In this document: positions 23,603-24,000 of the stretch, piece after piece
Layout of the letters: every line of letters begins with the position of its first letter
Numbering within the stretch: the first letter of the stretch is position 1
NCBI GenBank assembly: GCA_038245615.1
Contig: JBBRSG010000081.1
Location: 1,069-25,068 of the forward strand
Origin: Chloroflexia bacterium
Lineage (GTDB): Bacteria; Chloroflexota; Chloroflexia; Chloroheliales; Chloroheliaceae
Length of the DNA: 24,000 nucleotides
Direction: 5' to 3'
Program-made: the position numbers and the translations under genes
The notes under the pieces: model-generated
The model's database searches: none
Told to the model about the DNA's origin: nothing
What the model saw: only the letters and a program-made list of their open reading frames with translations

Positions 23603-24000
23603 TGTGAAGTCCTTGTAGGACTGAGTGTTCAACGCTATCGAGGTGCTGCCACATTTGGTGGCGGGCGGCGTTTGCGTCCCGTTGCAAGATAGCCGCGACA
23701 ATGGCACTATGCTCGCCCGCAGAGCGAGCCGGACGACCCGGAATCCGCAAACTCTCCTGCCGACCCTCCGCCAGTAAATCCAGCAAATTTAGCATTATCC
23801 GCAATAAAATTCCGTTTTGGGCCGCTTCCGCTACCCCGATATGAAAATCCAGGTCGAATTGGGCCAGGGCTGCCGGGTCGTCCAGGCTAGTATTGGCGTT
23901 GGCGGCAATCCTTTCCAGGTGGGTCAGTTGTTCCGGGCTACCGCGCAATGCGGCCCAACCCGCCGCCTCTACCTCGATTAGTTTCCTGATTTCAAATAAT
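23595..24000 (-). CDS. GntR/FadR-family regulator, FCD ligand-binding domain (5' end beyond the window)
   Basis: The frame stays open to base 24000 (LFEIRKLIEVEAAGWAALRGSPEQL...FHIGVAEAAQNGILL...EHSAIVAAILQRDANAA), which is the typical FCD pattern. The N-terminal wHTH must lie outside the window. Confidence 0.8.
   Translation of the reverse strand, partial: LFEIRKLIEVEAAGWAALRGSPEQLTHLERIAANANTSLDDPAALAQFDLDFHIGVAEAAQNGILLRIMLNLLDLLAEGRQESLRIPGRPARSAGEHSAIVAAILQRDANAARHQMWQHLDSVEHSVLQGLHKF

Noticed and set aside
23297-23707. 136-aa minus-strand ORF.
   Set aside because: It overlaps the 3' end of the GntR/FCD gene in another frame and runs antisense to the better-signalled 63-aa ORF. It has no RBS, and its AT-rich 3' half looks non-coding.
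1-24000. tRNA, rRNA, transposase/integrase, prophage or defence-system genes.
   Set aside because: None was recognised in any intergenic gap or ORF on visual inspection. The dispersed repeats carry no coding capacity, so if they are mobile they are non-autonomous. A proper tRNAscan or Infernal run was not possible.

Overview
The window looks like ordinary bacterial chromosome. It is gene-dense, both strands are used, and I saw no transposase, integrase, phage, CRISPR, tRNA or rRNA signal by eye. The protein families suggest Chloroflexota, but that is a low-confidence guess (Aquifex-type aconitase, form-II CoxL-like protein, DUF3090, 7TM-type histidine kinase, PDO-like thioredoxin-fold protein). 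Genes from left to right: a truncated hypothetical protein; a cupin; a SAM methyltransferase; a small membrane protein; a 7TM-PAS histidine kinase; a peptide/nickel-type ABC importer (lipoprotein SBP plus two permeases, no ATPase); a second SAM methyltransferase; a TetR-SugE/Gdx pair; a GHKL-ATPase plus STAS-like pair; a stand-alone CoxL-like molybdopterin subunit; Bcp peroxiredoxin; a CheY-like receiver; DUF3090; aconitase; an alpha/beta hydrolase; a two-domain thioredoxin-fold protein; a GT39/ArnT-like membrane glycosyltransferase; a VOC/glyoxalase protein; an AraC regulator; two candidate small ORFs; and a truncated GntR/FCD regulator. Three things stand out. (1) The ORF pair 19050..19553 and 18831..19031 is really one gene. 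Its in-frame TGA sits exactly where the first Cys of the VFVTPT-CxxC redox motif belongs, and a SECIS-like hairpin follows at the canonical distance, so this is a probable UxxC selenoprotein. (2) A family of roughly 100-160 bp intergenic repeat elements occurs at least 4 times plus fragments. They have CAGTGGTCAG/CTGACCACTG inverted ends, a TAGTTTTGAGTT core, and GTTTTGA and GATTTTAG heptamer arrays. Three copies sit in the same orientation just upstream of gene starts. (3) A second, unrelated AT-rich hairpin with a conserved CGCAG loop occurs twice, with a compensatory base-pair change between the copies. All coordinates and motifs were read by hand. No database search was possible.
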